Shown here piece after piece: positions 24,330-37,979 of a stretch of DNA of 64,000 nt. Positions within the stretch are counted from its first letter, which is position 1, and every line of letters starts with the position of its first letter. Location: NCBI RefSeq assembly GCF_018977255.1, contig NW_024704755.1, positions 15,314,001-15,378,000 of the forward strand, given 5' to 3'. Origin of the DNA: Callorhinchus milii. Taxonomy: Eukaryota. A program made the translations under genes and the position numbers. The notes beneath the pieces were generated by a model. The model did not search any database, had not been told where the DNA came from, and saw nothing but the letters and a program-made list of their open reading frames with translations.

Positions 24330-25760
24330 TATTTATCAATTGAGAATAAATACTGTTTTAGTAATTCCGAGGGAAAAGATTGTAGCTTAGGATAGTGGTA
24401 CAGGGAATGTCATCAAACTGGGAAACTGTTACCAGTGGAGATCCAGAAGGGACTGTTTTGGTACCTATTTTGTTTAATATTTGTATAAATGATTTGGAAC
24501 TAGGTGTTGCAAGCCAGTGGCTATGTTTACAGTTGACACCAAGCTAATGAAGGTGGCAGATTGCGAATCTGAATAAGGTAGGTTACCGGAGGTTTTGAGC
24601 ATACTTGGCAATTGGGCAGATCGGTGCCAGATGACATTCAATGTGTAGAAATGTAAAGTAATTCACATGGGGACAAAAATCCTGGAAGGGGCTATTGTTT
24701 GAATGGAAGGAAAAATATATGTATGGGAAAAGGAAAGGACATGGGGATCCTGATTGACAATACATTGAATCTCTTCCAACAGTACTCAGTGGGAGTGAGT
24801 GAAGCAAACCAGTTGTTGGGATGTATCAAAATATCAATAGCTAGCTGAAATCCTGCTGCTGTATATATAATAATAATAATAATAATAATCCTTGCATTTG
24901 ATATACGCTTTTCACGTCGGGAGGACGTCCCAAAGCGCTTCACAGAACACACTGTAAAGTGAATTGACTGTATATTTGTGGGCGAACGCAGCAGCCAATT
25001 GCGCACAGCAATGTCCCACAAACAGTCGTAGATTGAAAATGACCAATTTAATTATTGTTTTTGGTTTTGGAGGGATTATTATTAGGCTCTGTGTGGAGCA
25101 AGGAAACTTGCCCAAGGTTTCGCCCTCTGCCTGGAATTGAACTCAGGTCTCTCACTTGCAAAGCGAGTGCTCTAACCACTGAGCTACAGGACTCCACGAT
25201 ATATAAATGTATAAATCATTGGTGAGACCATGCTTAGCATACTGTGTACAGTTTGGGTCGCCGCAGTACAAAAAAGATATTGGAAAAATCAAGATGAGAC
25301 AGTGGAGGGCAGCCAAAATAATTGAGGGAATGGAGGGACTGGACTATGAGGAACAATTAAGGAAATTGTGCATGTTCACGCTGGTTAAGAGAAGATTGAG
25401 CGGTGACATGATTCCTGTCTTTAAGATTCTAAAGGGGCAAGACAATATAGATCAGGATAGACTATTTCAACTTGTCCAGGATAGTAAAACCAGAGGATAC
25501 AGCCTGCAATTGAAGGAGAGTAAATTCAGAATGAATCTATGCAAACATTATTTCAGTGAGCGAATACTGAACCTGTGGAACAGGCTCCCTAGGTAGATGG
25601 TTGAAGCAGAAAATGTTGATTGTTTCAAACACAGAGTGGATAGTTTTCTTTTTGGAAATAATATTATTGAATATAGTACATAGGTATTCGGGACATAGGT
25701 GCATGCGACAGCCAGGAAGGTGGAAGGCGAACCAGATGGATCTTGGTCTTTTCTCTAGCA
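24330..25760 (+). mobile_element. CR1 (L3) LINE 3' fragment interrupted by a SINE
   Basis: VTSG..GTVLVPILFNICINDL; ORF 25207..25596 YKSLVRP.L.YCVQF.SP..KRRLSGDMI.VFKILKG..FSERILNLWNRLP, the CR1 ORF2 C-terminus. Confidence 0.9.
24868..25195 (-). mobile_element. Full-length SINE, same family
   Basis: Near-identical to 33144-33474; inserted in the CR1 fragment. Confidence 0.9.
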
Positions 25761-26579
25761 TTTTTTATGTTCTTATGTACCACGGTAACAATGAATCTAC
25801 GCATCAAACCAAATTGTTTATTCGGTGAGGAGATTTAATTTGAATCCAGTGTGTGTGTGGGGTGGTGGGGGTGGGGTGGGGCGGAATGGAAGGGGGGGGG
25901 GAAGATAGTAGGAATATGACTTGCAATATGAATTATCATAATCCCATAGAATATGTAGATTGGACAGATGTTTTCTTCATAATTGTTTGTCTGATGCAGT
26001 GTTAGCACTCTGACATCTGAGTTACAATTTTGTGTGTTGAAGCTCCAGATTGCTTGAGAATCTAAATCAAGTTGAGATTTCCATGCATCCTACGTACACA
26101 TGGAAATCCCAGAGGTAGGTTGTTGGAATGGAATGTGCACTCTCTCCATGGAGGGATGCATCCTGCTTAGCTAATTCCAGAAATTATTATACGCAGGTTT
26201 GCAAGAGCCGAAGGTTGGGGTAAATGCTAAAACTGCATAATTTGCCATTGATACTGCTGTCTAGTTACCTTTCCCGCTGCTATTCCAGCTAAGATGACCC
26301 TAGCAGTTAGGACTTTGGCTTGCAAGGTTAACAGTAGCTGAGTGGGATGACTCCCTGACCCTAGTGACTGGTCTGCCATTTTCGGTCCTGCTGATGAACC
26401 AGGCTGGCTGTGCTGTCCTCAGCAGTGCCCTGGAATGCTGCGGACCCCCTGGCTCAGAAACCCGACTACCAAGACCGCCACAGATGGCTGGCTCGATTCT
26501 GACATTCCATTGCCAGCCATGTCACCTTGGAGTCAGTTCAGCTCCAAGGATACCCTGTTTAGAATGTGTTGAATAGTCA

Positions 26580-26870
26580 GAGTTGGCGTTCTTCAGCTGA
26601 GATGTTAAACCGAGTTGCCATCTGCCTGTTCGGGTGGATGTTAAAGATCCAGTGGCATATTTGAAAAGAGAATGGAGTTTCTCTCAGTGTCCTGGCCATC
26701 TTCCAAGTAAAATTTCTCACTCGCTCCATGGCTGTTTGTGACACACTGCTGTATGCAACTGGCTGCTGAATTTCATCTATAAAATGTACAGTCAATCCAC
26801 TTTACAGTATATCTTGTGAAGCACTGTGAGACATCTCAACGATGTGATAAGGTGGTAAGTCAAATGCAAG
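26580..26870 (+). mobile_element. Deu-domain SINE relic (others at 10490-10640, 40430-40590, 58260-58480)
   Basis: GAGATGTTAAACCGAG..GGTGGATGTTAAAGATCCAGTGGCA matches my recollection of the conserved Deu-domain core of DeuSINEs (AmnSINE1/SacSINE1 class). Confidence 0.7.
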
Positions 26871-28955
26871 CATTTTTCTTATTTTTTATTATTAGCATTA
26901 AAAGATGGTAATTGATGAGGGCTGATAAATTCATGTGAATTGGAATCATTTCATATTGTAAATGTGCATTTTCCCAGAAACAGTCATAAAGTGAATTATC
27001 TGAGGGATGTTTGCAGTACACCTGGATAAGGTGTCTTGTCTTATCTAATGATGTCATGGGATCTTTAACATCAATTCAACAAGCAGAGGGGACTTTTTCA
27101 GTTCAAGCTGTTACACCCAAAGAAGCAGAATTTAGAGAGACACTGAGAGAAACTCCCTTCTCTTTTCGAATATTGCCACAAGATCTTCAACACCACCCGA
27201 ACAGGGAAAGGAAAGTGAGTCCTGTGAGTCAACGTTTTGGGTCCTCGACACTTCATCAGAATCCTTCGTCAAACCAGAATCGTTGACTCACTTTCCTTTA
27301 TCCATAGATCCTGTCTGACCTGCTGAGTGTTCCCAGTGACTTCTGTTATAGTTTCAGATTTCCATCATCTGCAATATTTCGTGTTTTGTTTACAAAAGGG
27401 ACATTGGATTGTGGAGAACATTGAGATCAGCCTTGGGAAGTTGTGTGAAACATACGCCACAAATCAATTGTGACAACATTTTAGGCAACTGTCCATAATG
27501 CATGCCCCTATAAGCAATACCGCAGCGATGCTGCTCAAGTCTTCGAGACATACAATTTAATTTAATTTATAAACGTTTTAAGAAAAAATACAATTGTTGC
27601 TTTGATTCCATCAAAAAGAACGATGCAGTGTAAATTAGAGAAACACATGAAAAAATGAAATGAGACACACAGGCTTTACTGATGGCCAATAATAGTCTTT
27701 GTGGTGTGAGATTGTATCTGTGGTACACATATGTATATTTAGATATATACGTTTACGTGTGAAATTGCAACAAATATCCACTGCTCGCACCATCAGCTGA
27801 TGTGTTACATGAATTACCAGTGAAGGGAGATAATCGTGTTCTTCATTTATTGCCTTTACAGCAGAGACATGGGTAAAAAAAGATTGTTGCCTCATTTTAA
27901 CTGGAGTTTTTGCACATACTGCATAACGCCCACACAATAACCTTTTCATTGTGACAGATCAATTGTATCGCATTTTCTTAGAATGTTTTTAAGGTAATTT
28001 ATATCACTTTACTTCTAATTTGAGACTCTGTACATTACTGTCATCAGATGAGGTAACAAAATATAAGTGAAACAAAACATTACCCTCACAGCACACACTG
28101 AGCTGCTGAATATTTACTTGGCGCTGTGTGTAATGCAGAGGACCTGGTATTCAATCTATCAGATTCAGCCATGAAGGAGCCACCCTGAGCAGAGGCTTGC
28201 TAACTTTTAAATGTGACCGACTGAGAAATGGTTTTAGAATTGATCATGAAATCTACATACAAATGTTGTGGGTATTCAACCGGATATTTGTTGTTGAAAT
28301 TGGCTCCACGGTCAATGGAATGATGATAGCAGGAATCAACTAAAGGGGCAGCTCTTCGGCCAATCATTCAATTAGTGACTAATTAATAAAATGTTTGGAT
28401 TTCCCAGAGAGAGAGAGAAACATTACTGAACGTTAAAGAATCATCATAATCTATGTCTGAAGCCCAGCAGTAAGTACTTGGCTAAGCTCCATCTGAAACA
28501 AAGCTTAAGAATTCCATTTTATAGTTTTTTATTTAATTTTATCCGATTCTATCGAAGATATAGATTGAACAAATCAAACCCAACACATTACGTTTCATAA
28601 CTTTTGTTTATTGAAAGTCGACAAAACCGCTTCACAGTCTTACAAACTATTAGAAACTGGTTCTAGATTTGTATTGGTATATTTTGTTCCAGTGATACAA
28701 TAGCTTCTTAGCTTTTATAAACTATTATAGTTTATAGCTCAGCGACATTATCAGATTAGTATTATACAAATTTGAAGTTGAAATTGCATTGACTTGATAA
28801 ATGATAGGTAATACAAACTAATCAAACATTATGTCTTCCTGCAGTGTCAGAGCAGTGACACAATAACACACCACATTGATGTACACACTGTAACTAGTCT
28901 ACATTAGAAGGGAACTGTGAGGAATCTGCATCGATAATTGTCTATTATTGTGACA

Positions 28956-31900
28956 TTATGCGGTTCCTGACTCCATGAAAGTGCCATCTTCGTAGTTTCT
29001 GATCTTTACCTCGGAATACTCTGAATTCTTGTCGCTGTGTTTAGCTTTTCCTGTATTTTTGGAGCGAGGCAAATCCAGAGCAGCGTATGTCAGCTTGTTA
29101 GCGGCTGCTCCTCGCTTGGTCTGAAAAAACAATGTTTGGTTTGTCTTTGTTACACAGAGAGATGTACATAGAATGGTACAGGAACTGACCATCCGGTGTT
29201 TATACTTCATACGAGCTCCATCCCTTCCTATTTTCTTCTATAACTCTCTTATCTCTTCCCCTCATGTATGCAACACGTTTTAGGTTACATTATTCCAAAC
29301 GCTTCACCCCCAAGGACGATTGGTAAATGTACTGCAAACTGCGATATGTAGCTGCAGATTTAAGGGTTTTAGATCTCAACGATGAGCTGACAACTGCTTT
29401 CATGAGTTGGCGAAGATTGGAGGAGGGGACAAAATCATTACAATGAAAGTCAATGAACCCAATTTACCAAATCTGTTCAATACAAGATTTCTCTATGCTG
29501 TGTACCTGGGCGTATACTGTCCTGTCTTCCTGATGTTTAGTTCTTGGAGTTTTATTGGAAGTGCTCAAATCCAATGTTACATAAGCCACGTTGTCACCCG
29601 CTGCTGCCTCCCCCGCCTGTAAAACAAAGGTACGTGGTTGTTCCGTTGCCTTTCTTGGTCTGTCATCTTTGACCATGGAATTGAATAAGTGGGTTTAGGG
29701 AAAAAAAACGTCTGCTGTCAAGTTGAAATAGTTAAAGACATATCTTCATTAAATGTATCGAGTTCTGTCTAACAGTCAGTGAAATTCATTTTTCCAACCG
29801 ATGTTTTGAAATCCACCCTGTTAAAATATGTTGCATACCTCATTAGTCGGATCAAACAAGAATGATTACTTAAAATATTATCACTTAAAACATGCTGGGA
29901 CTACTCATGTTCCATGTCATATGCCTGACTGGGAAGGAATACTAGAAAATTAATTTACTGATAGCAAACCATAATTATTTAAGTAACAACTTAATCCTGA
30001 AAGGGGAAATAAATAGGGCTGTAATTCTGGAGGAATGATGTTAAGGTGGGAACCTTTCAGTTCATAACCCAAGTCAGCATGAGCTGTACCTTGTTAGAGG
30101 TTGGTTGTCAAACCAAGTTCCTGTACTCTTGTTAAGTTTACTTTAAAGATCATTTGAGAACACAGAATGAGGTTTGTCCGGTGTCCTCGCGAATGGTAAT
30201 CATGATAAATTGGCGAAACACTTCATGACAGTTTATCGGACCATATTGTGCGAAAGTTGGTTCGAGCAAATAGAATCGCTACAAAGACAACGATTGTTTA
30301 TGAAGCATTTTAAGATGTTTGGAATGATACCGGCCACAATGATAATCACTGAGTTGGTCCATTGGTCACCCAAATGATTTGGTGATAAACTTACCCGATC
30401 TTCAAGATTGCCCAATCGAGTCAGGTTTCCTTTTGATCCTAAATATGAATTAAATTTACGGAATGAAATATTTACTCGATTTCAATATTAATTCACTAGA
30501 ATAATATCATTGTTCTACATTTCAGGATGAGTGAAATAGAAATATTTGCCTGCACCCTTTTCCTTCTCTCTGAATCTCCCCTTCACTCATACTTTCCGAA
30601 ATCCTCAAAACGGTGGAACTGTTTTACTTGAACATTTTAAATCTCAAGCTTGGCGACGCCTTTCCACTATTCCTTAATTCTTTTCATTTTTCCTCTTGGC
30701 CGAGGCCACTCACCTGGGGCTCTCCATCATAAAAACTTATTTTCGATGTCACAATTTCAATATAATGTTTAACTATTGCTAATAAATATACATCTGCATT
30801 TATTTGACTCCATTCATCACTACAGTTACTTACAGTTACTTACAAATGCACGCAATTCATCGTATTTGAAGCCGATTGCAATATGTTAGACAGATTGCAG
30901 ACATTTGATGTTGTAAAATGAGAAATTCTGCGATACTGAAATTCACCATGTGAAATAATTACAGGGCTGAATCTGTAGCAATAACTACCAGTAATTGGTA
31001 TTGTATAACCGTAGCATCACAGAACTCTACCTTCAAATTTGAAGTCACAATCAAGCCACTTGTTTTTCCATTTGCTAACCCAGTGGTGCTTTCTAACATT
31101 TGGTATTAATGTGTAATATTTACAATTAATTGCAATGAAATCAGAATTTTCTTACCGTTTTTCGTTTTNAATTGGCATCGCTTCCCAATTATGATCACAA
31201 GCGCCAGAAATGCGACCCCTCCCACTGCACATCCAGCCCACAAAATATAGTCAGTTACATTTCCACTACCTAGAAAAACAGTGCAAACTGAGGTGAAACA
31301 CTGTGCAACGCAACAATTCATAGTTCCTGTCATCGCAGAAGAATAGAAATGTTATGCATATCATTTATGAATTTTATTTGTAGTGATTCAAACTGAGTAT
31401 TAAGCACCACATGCGGTTTAAATATTTTGACTAATCTTAATTTGTGTATTTATTGAAATAAGAATAAAAATGACAGGATCATCACCGAAAACAGTTTGAT
31501 ATTTTGTAGTGTTACTAATGACATCTGATCGCTCTTATTTTTATTAACGCTCTTGATTATATTACACACGGGAGGTGACACGCAGAACACACAGACACCA
31601 AAACGTACCATTGATTTTCAGAGGAATCCCCACAAAATACAAACCATAAATTGTAGAGTAAGACGGCTGTACCCAGTGACATCTCATCACAAGCAATGAA
31701 ACATGCTCACTTGTTATTAATAAAACGAGGGAACATTATGGAATAGAATTACATTTTGTGATCAAATGCCTTGTGTTAAAAAGAGTTTGAAAATTAAGCA
31801 GTTTTAGGATGCTTCCATGTATATAATATGTTAGGTTTAGCAAAACCTTCACATCAAACATTACACATTCAAAAGATACAATATATTTTATGACCATCAT

Positions 31901-34397
31901 CCACAACTCCCTCACCACCATTCTCAACACATTGGTCTCCCATCATATCAGCCATCGCTTCCTATCCCCTCAGGTTCCCCAGGACAACAGTCACACTCCA
32001 TCCCTCAAGCCACAGGCAGTTGCTGTCGAGCAATGTGTATTCCTCATGGCTCTATCCTTGGTCCTCTGCTCTTCACTATCTATATGCTCCCACTTGGCGA
32101 CATCACTGTAGACATGTATTGCATATTCACATGTACAGTGATGAAAGCCAACTCTCCCATCTTCCTCCACACTCGACCTCCACCTTCGACCCAATTGCTG
32201 TCATAAATCAAGTGATTGATCAGCTCTGACTTTCTTCAGATGAATAATAATAATAATCCTTGCATTTTATATAACGCCTCTTATATAGAATGCAAGGATT
32301 AATATTATAATCTCGTTATTGTCAACTCAAATCGCTTCAGACATTTTATTATATGAAGAAATGCAACTAAACATCCCTAGGAAAATTCAGTTAACAACAG
32401 TGGACTTTTTAAAAATCTTTCAGCACCTTACCTGCTTTAGGTTCTGGGATAATGTAGCTGGCAATAGCTGAAATATTGAGGCTGACGTGAGACACTTGAC
32501 AGGTATAAACAGACTCTAACTGTGCGCCTTCAATAGAGCTCGAGGCCTTATAGAGTTCTTCTGAGTTCTGCCTCTCAGTGGAACCTGACTCTTCCAGCTT
32601 TATTCCTGGTGTTGGCACAATTTTGGTGCCATCTTTATACCAAGTGAAGGTGATTTCCTTTGGGTGAAACAAGGCAGTTTCACACACAAGAGTCTGAGGC
32701 TTTGGTAAACTCCTAGAGAAAATCTTCAGTGGAGTTGGGGGCACTGCAGAACAGATAATGGAGAAGAATTGTATTAATTTCGATGAATTGATGGGAAAAA
32801 TTTTGTTTTGATTTGTATCTGATACATTTCTTTGCAAGCACCTGATTCCTGAGTACAAATGGAGGTTTATTTAAATACACAAATATTCTTCTCACAGCAG
32901 CATCGCCCTTCCTCCTGCTTCAACTACGTTATGGTTTTATGAAGTAATACTCATTCATAACCTCATCTTGTATATTATTACTAATTTTAATGATTGGCAG
33001 GTGGAAATAATCACTTAGGAATGTCTATTGAATACACTGAACTCCCGAACAGAGGAGGTAGAGAATTTCTGACTGAGTTGTGCACACTGTGTTAGTCTGG
33101 CTCAGTTGGTAGTATTCTGGCCACTGAGTTCAAAGGATTTTGTGGAGTCCTGTAGCTCAGTGGTTAGAGCACTCGCTTTGCAAGTGAGAGACCTGAGTTC
33201 AATTCCAGGCAGAGAGCGAAATCTTGGGCAAGTTTCCTTACTCCACACAGAGCCTAATAATAATCCCTGCAAAACAAAAAACAATAATAAATTGGTCATT
33301 TTCAATCTACGACTGTTTGTGGGACATTGCTGTGTGCAATTGGCTGCCGCGTTCGCCCACAAATATACAGTCAATTCACTTTACAGTGTGTTCTGTGAAG
33401 CGCTTTGGGACGTCCTCCCGATGTGAAAAGCGCTATGTCAAATGCAAGGATTATTATTATTATATTATTATTATTTGTGTTCGAGCTCCACATTGGGACT
33501 TGGAATTTACATTGTCTATCTTGACACACACGCTGCAATGTCGGAGCTACCATCCTTAGTATGAGAAATTAAAACTTGGTGCCTTCTGATTGCTCAGGTG
33601 GACATTGAAGACCTCATGACACTAGTCAAAAAACAGAATGGAGTTTCCCTGGGGTCCTGGCCAACATTAACCCAAATACAAAAAAATGGTTAGGGTGAAT
33701 ATCGTGCCTTATCGGGTCTTTGAGACATCTCAAAGCACATTAAAAACTAGATTGTGAAAGTTATAATGGAAAAAGAATATAAATAATTATTTAGCATTCA
33801 CCACATTTATTACTTTTTATATAATATCTAAATGCCAATTTCGCTCTTCATTCACACTCACCGCACACAGTTAATCGCGATCCAGATCCTCTTCCAATTA
33901 TTGATCCCTGACGGACCACTACACAGCGATAGACTCCAGAGTCCTGTAAACTCACATTCAGGAACTGGAAGAAGCCTTTTCCTTTAGTTTTTACACCAAA
34001 TAGTTTCCTGCGATCCTCCTTTGTATCCAAATAGCCGCTCTCACCCTCCTCATCCCACTGCACCTTCACTCCTGAACTGCCTTGAGGGAAGGGAAAGTTA
34101 CAGTGGAAGGTGACATTTGTCCCTCTGATGGCAGCCACATGGTCGGGGATTTGAGTCACTTTCACCGAAGCATCGCCATCAACTGTCAGAATATAAAGTC
34201 AAACACTGACTTCTTAGATGATGAGCAATTGAGAAAACAAACGAGTAAAAGAGGAGAAAACGTAAGTGTATAAGATAAATGTCACATGGAAACAAGTTTG
34301 CACATATTTCATAGAAAAACTGAATTATAGAATGAACATATATACCTGTTGAAATAATATGTAATGCAGACAGGTACAGGAAGACAACACTCCCCAT
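28956..34397 (-). CDS. Gene C: VJ-C1-TM inhibitory receptor, close paralogue of gene A, about 372-378 aa
   Basis: Exons: leader 34397-34346, V 34182-33862, C1 32743-32432, TM 31269 (or 31287)-31156, linker 30438-30395, 29616-29506, 29120-28956. The frame is open. One ambiguous base (n at 31169) falls in a TTN codon (Leu/Phe, cannot be a stop). Confidence 0.88.
33144..33474 (+). mobile_element. Full-length tRNA-Ala-derived SINE with Deu-domain 3' part and L2-type tail
   Basis: A/B-box head GTAGCTCAGTGGTTAGAGC..GAGTTCAATTCC with TGC anticodon loop; body TGTGGGACATTGCTGTGTGCAATTGGCTGCC; L2-like GCGCTTTGGGACGTCC..GTGAAAAGCGCT; (ATT)n tail. Confidence 0.9.
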
Positions 34398-34472
34398 GTC
34401 TGCCTCTGGCTCTGATGGTCTGTCACAAGTGACCGTGGATTATTTGATACAGAGTAGTTTGCTGTGACACTG

Positions 34473-34481
34473 ACTTCCTGT
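34473..34481 (-). promoter_or_regulatory. ETS site upstream of gene C
   Basis: ACAGGAAGT about 76 nt upstream of the ATG. Confidence 0.5.
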
Positions 34482-36066
34482 TTGTTTGGGTTCGTGAAAT
34501 GTAGCAGGTGTGGGTCATACGATTGGAAATTACACTTCTACAGTAAATTGTGAAAATAATAATCATTCCTTTTAATAGTAGAAAAAGGTTAAACAAAATA
34601 TAAAGATAAAACATCGGTTCAATAATACTGTTGAGTCAGTGGTGCTTTCTCCAACCGGAAAATGTTGTTTTAAGCATCAACCTCATGGATTCAATAGTCA
34701 GAGACATGCCTATCTGGTGGCATATTTCTGCTGATAGTTCTGTGCAGCTGTCTCTTAGTTATATAAATTAACCTTTCTCTCTCTTCTTGCCAAGAGAGCC
34801 CCTTTAAAACCACTGGCATCACTCAATCAAAAAGTGCACCCCCATCCCTCTAAGCTTCCAAATTATTGGCCCATCTTCAACTTACCCTTCGTAAACCAAG
34901 TCCTGGCCACTCAACTTTGCTCCTACCCTTTCCTCCATTGGGTGCTAGAAGTCCAGTCTCTACCCAAAGCATAGACAACAGAGTCAAAGAAATGATAATA
35001 CGCTCACTGTTTGTTTCGCAAGTTTCTGCACACAGCAAAGAAAACCTATATAGAGTAACCAATGATGTATTCTCTCTCTTGCGCTCTCTCTGCAATCATG
35101 GCCCTCTGCCTTCTTGTCCTCCTGATCACTAATGCTTTCAAAATTGTCCACCATCCCATCCTACTTGATGACTTCTCTTCCTTCTCCTTAGTACTGCAGG
35201 GTATCCAGGGACTGTATCTTGGGCCCCTTTCTGTTTCTCATCCACATGCTGTCTCTTTTGGTGATATTATCCACAGACAAGTGATTAACTTTCACATTTA
35301 TGCGAATGACAGATAACTCTAGTTTTCAACTTCCACTGTTTTTTCCAGGATTCGAGGTCTACTGATGCGCTATTCATTTGTGTTTTAAGACCTAGATGTA
35401 CCCAGACTTCCTGTAACTTAATATGGATGATGGAAATCATCCTCCTTGTCTTCTGCAATCATTTCCTTTCTTCCATGCCTTGCTGCACCCTCTCTGCACC
35501 TCCATCGGCCATACTTCAGTACTTTTCCCACAAAATATAAATAGTCATATAATTTCAAGGAATAATTATGTGAAGCTCTTTGAAATGCTTCAACACCATG
35601 ATAAGGTGCAATATCAATCAAGGATTGTACTTTAATTATTATTAAATTTCTACCCGCTAACTGTAAACTGAATTGAATTGATGCTGTACAAATTGAATTG
35701 TCATTGTTAATAGGTAACAAATAATTGGATCAATGCAGGACATTTTCTTATACAAATCTCTGCAAATTATATATTATAGATATTATGGAGATCTGTCAGT
35801 GGTCGCGATAGTCACCAGACAACTTCTTAAACCATCACCTGAAACTGGCTTGTGGCCTGGCTCTACCGGAAAGGTCAATAACCATGTCAACTGTAGCTTT
35901 TCTGTATCATTGTCACTTATTGAGCAGAAATGCCATGAAGTATAGGAAGTTTCTATTACTTGACTATCCTATTGCAAACATTGAATTGTATGATATTAAT
36001 CAGGTAAAACAAGATATTTGGTACTTGTCTTGCCTTTTCGCACATTGATTTTCCCATTTCCTCCTT

Positions 36067-36514
36067 TCGAATTCAAGATCCTCACCCTCACCTACAAGGC
36101 CATTCACGGCCTTGCTCCCTCTACCTCTCCGACCTACTATCCCCCTACCTACCCGCCCATACCCTCCGTTCCTCTGGCTCCGGTCTGCTCCACATCCCCC
36201 GCCCCAACCGCCCTACTATCGGTGGCCTGGCCTTCAGCCTCTCAGCCCCGAGGCTCTGGAACTCTATCCCCCAGTACCTTCGCCGCTTCCTCCCTTTCCT
36301 CCTTCAAAGCCGGTCTCAAGACCTTTCTCTTTGACCGTGCCTTCAGCTCCCTTCTCGACTCTCTACCGCCTCCTCGCTCCCTCCCTTCCCTCCCCTCACC
36401 CTGACCATTTCCCCCCTGCTCAGGTCCTGACCCAACTGTACAGCGCCTTGGGACGTCCTCCGGACGTGAAAGGTGCTCAATAAATGGAATCTTGCTGTTG
36501 TTGTTGTTGTTGTT
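36067..36514 (+). mobile_element. Short 3'-end L2 copy with (GTT)n tail
   Basis: EFKILTLTYKAIHGLAP.. followed by the L2 3' UTR and tail. Absent from the paralogous site near 54890. Confidence 0.9.
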
Positions 36515-37251
36515 TCGTGAATACATTTGGCAATTCTGTCTTTCCCGTGGTGTATGGTCCACCTGTGATCTTTAAGTACCTCATGCATATGGGCTTTATT
36601 CACATTGATGTTTAACCGTTTGACTTAGGCAACAGATCCTATGGCACTACTCAAAAAGTGAAGGGAGTTCCTTCACTTGTCGTGACCAAGAATTCCCTGA
36701 ATAAAATTGATTAATCCATTCAAGACTATTTGTGGAACATTGCTGTGTACAATTTTGCTGCTGCATTTGCTTATAACTGGACAGTCATGACACTTCACAG
36801 TTTCCTGTGAAACACTTTAAGATGTCCTACCAACGTGAAAGTAACTGTACAAAATGCAAGGAGTATATTTATGTTCCAATCGTTGCATGTACATTTTAAT
36901 TATCCTCAGATTCTGTGCATTAAAGGGATGCTATTTAATCAATTGGTAGCAAATCTGTTTCTTCTTTTGTAATTGCTCATATGATCGTAAAGGAGTTTGA
37001 AGAAACTATCATCTAGTGCTCCTTCTGCAAGATTACGTTTCTTTATAAATTATGGCACCAGATGGCGCTGCAGACTACACCATATTTATACTGTGAAAAG
37101 CTATAATCTACAGTTTTGTTTCCCTCGTTCACCTGTTGTACCTTTGTTTGACTGGCTCAGGTCTTCCGTGTGTACCCCAACCCCTCTGCTACACAATTGG
37201 TGTCTGTACCTTCAAGCCGTTATCTCCTGAATCTCTGGAACTCTGGAACTA

Positions 37252-37570
37252 AGTCCTGTAGCTCAATGGTTAGAGCACTCGCTTTGCAAGTGAGAGACCT
37301 GAGTTCAATTCCAGGCAGAGGGCGAAACCTTGGGCAAGTTTCCTTACTCCACACAGCTAATAATGATCCCTCCAAAAACAAAGCAATAATAAATTGGTCA
37401 TTTCAATCCACGACTGTTTGTGCGACACTGCTGTGTGCAATTGGCTGCCGCGTTTCACCCACAAATATACGGTCAATTCACTTTACAGTCTATTCTGTGA
37501 AGCACTTTGGGACGTCGAGAAGACGTGAAAAGTGCGATATCACATGCAAGGATTATTATTATTATAATAA
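37252..37570 (+). mobile_element. Full-length SINE, same family
   Basis: Head, body and (ATT)n tail present. Confidence 0.9.
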
Positions 37571-37979
37571 CTCCCTGCCTCAATTCCTGTGCCACACATT
37601 CTTTTTAAGTGTCTTCAAATCATCCTTGAAGATTTTCCGCTTTGACTGTGCCTATGATCAACTCATCTTTGTCCCTCGCTCGGTGTCAAGCTCTGCCACT
37701 GTTCTGTACTTGGTGTGTTACATAATTATAAGTTGTTGTTGTTGTTGTTGTTGTTGCTTCGATAGTTCCATCAGGGCAGATGTATCAGAAGCCCAGGGGA
37801 CCATTTTTGCTCAGTTGGGTTTCTGACACATGCAGAAATCCTTTACTATGCTTAGGAGTATCCAAACAAGCTGGCATATTTATGCCAGAAATTTCCCTGT
37901 GTATGGAATGGGTTGTGCACTTTCTTCTTGGAGGGAACCACGCTGCTTACCTAATTTCGGAGAATGTTTGGCACAGTTT

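Larger units (their letters stand above)
27860..34500. repeat. Segmental duplicate of 1-6900 (gene C vs gene A)
   Basis: Colinear exons and introns; position 1 aligns to 27860. Confidence 0.95.

Noticed and set aside
25850-25895. G-rich tract (also 16345-16372) as a functional G-quadruplex
   Set aside because: Short, intronic or intergenic, and not conserved in the paralogous blocks.
31169-31169. X in the gene C translation as a disabling mutation
   Set aside because: It is a single ambiguous base in a TTN codon, which can only be Leu or Phe.
33144-33220. tRNA-Ala(TGC) genes
   Set aside because: Each tRNA-like head runs straight into a SINE body and tail and lacks a proper acceptor stem.
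37170-37826. Recurrent peptide family 'INWSFSIYDCLWDIAVRNWLPRSPTNIQSIHF..KCKDYYYY' in many ORFs
   Set aside because: These are translations of the same SINE consensus, not a protein family.
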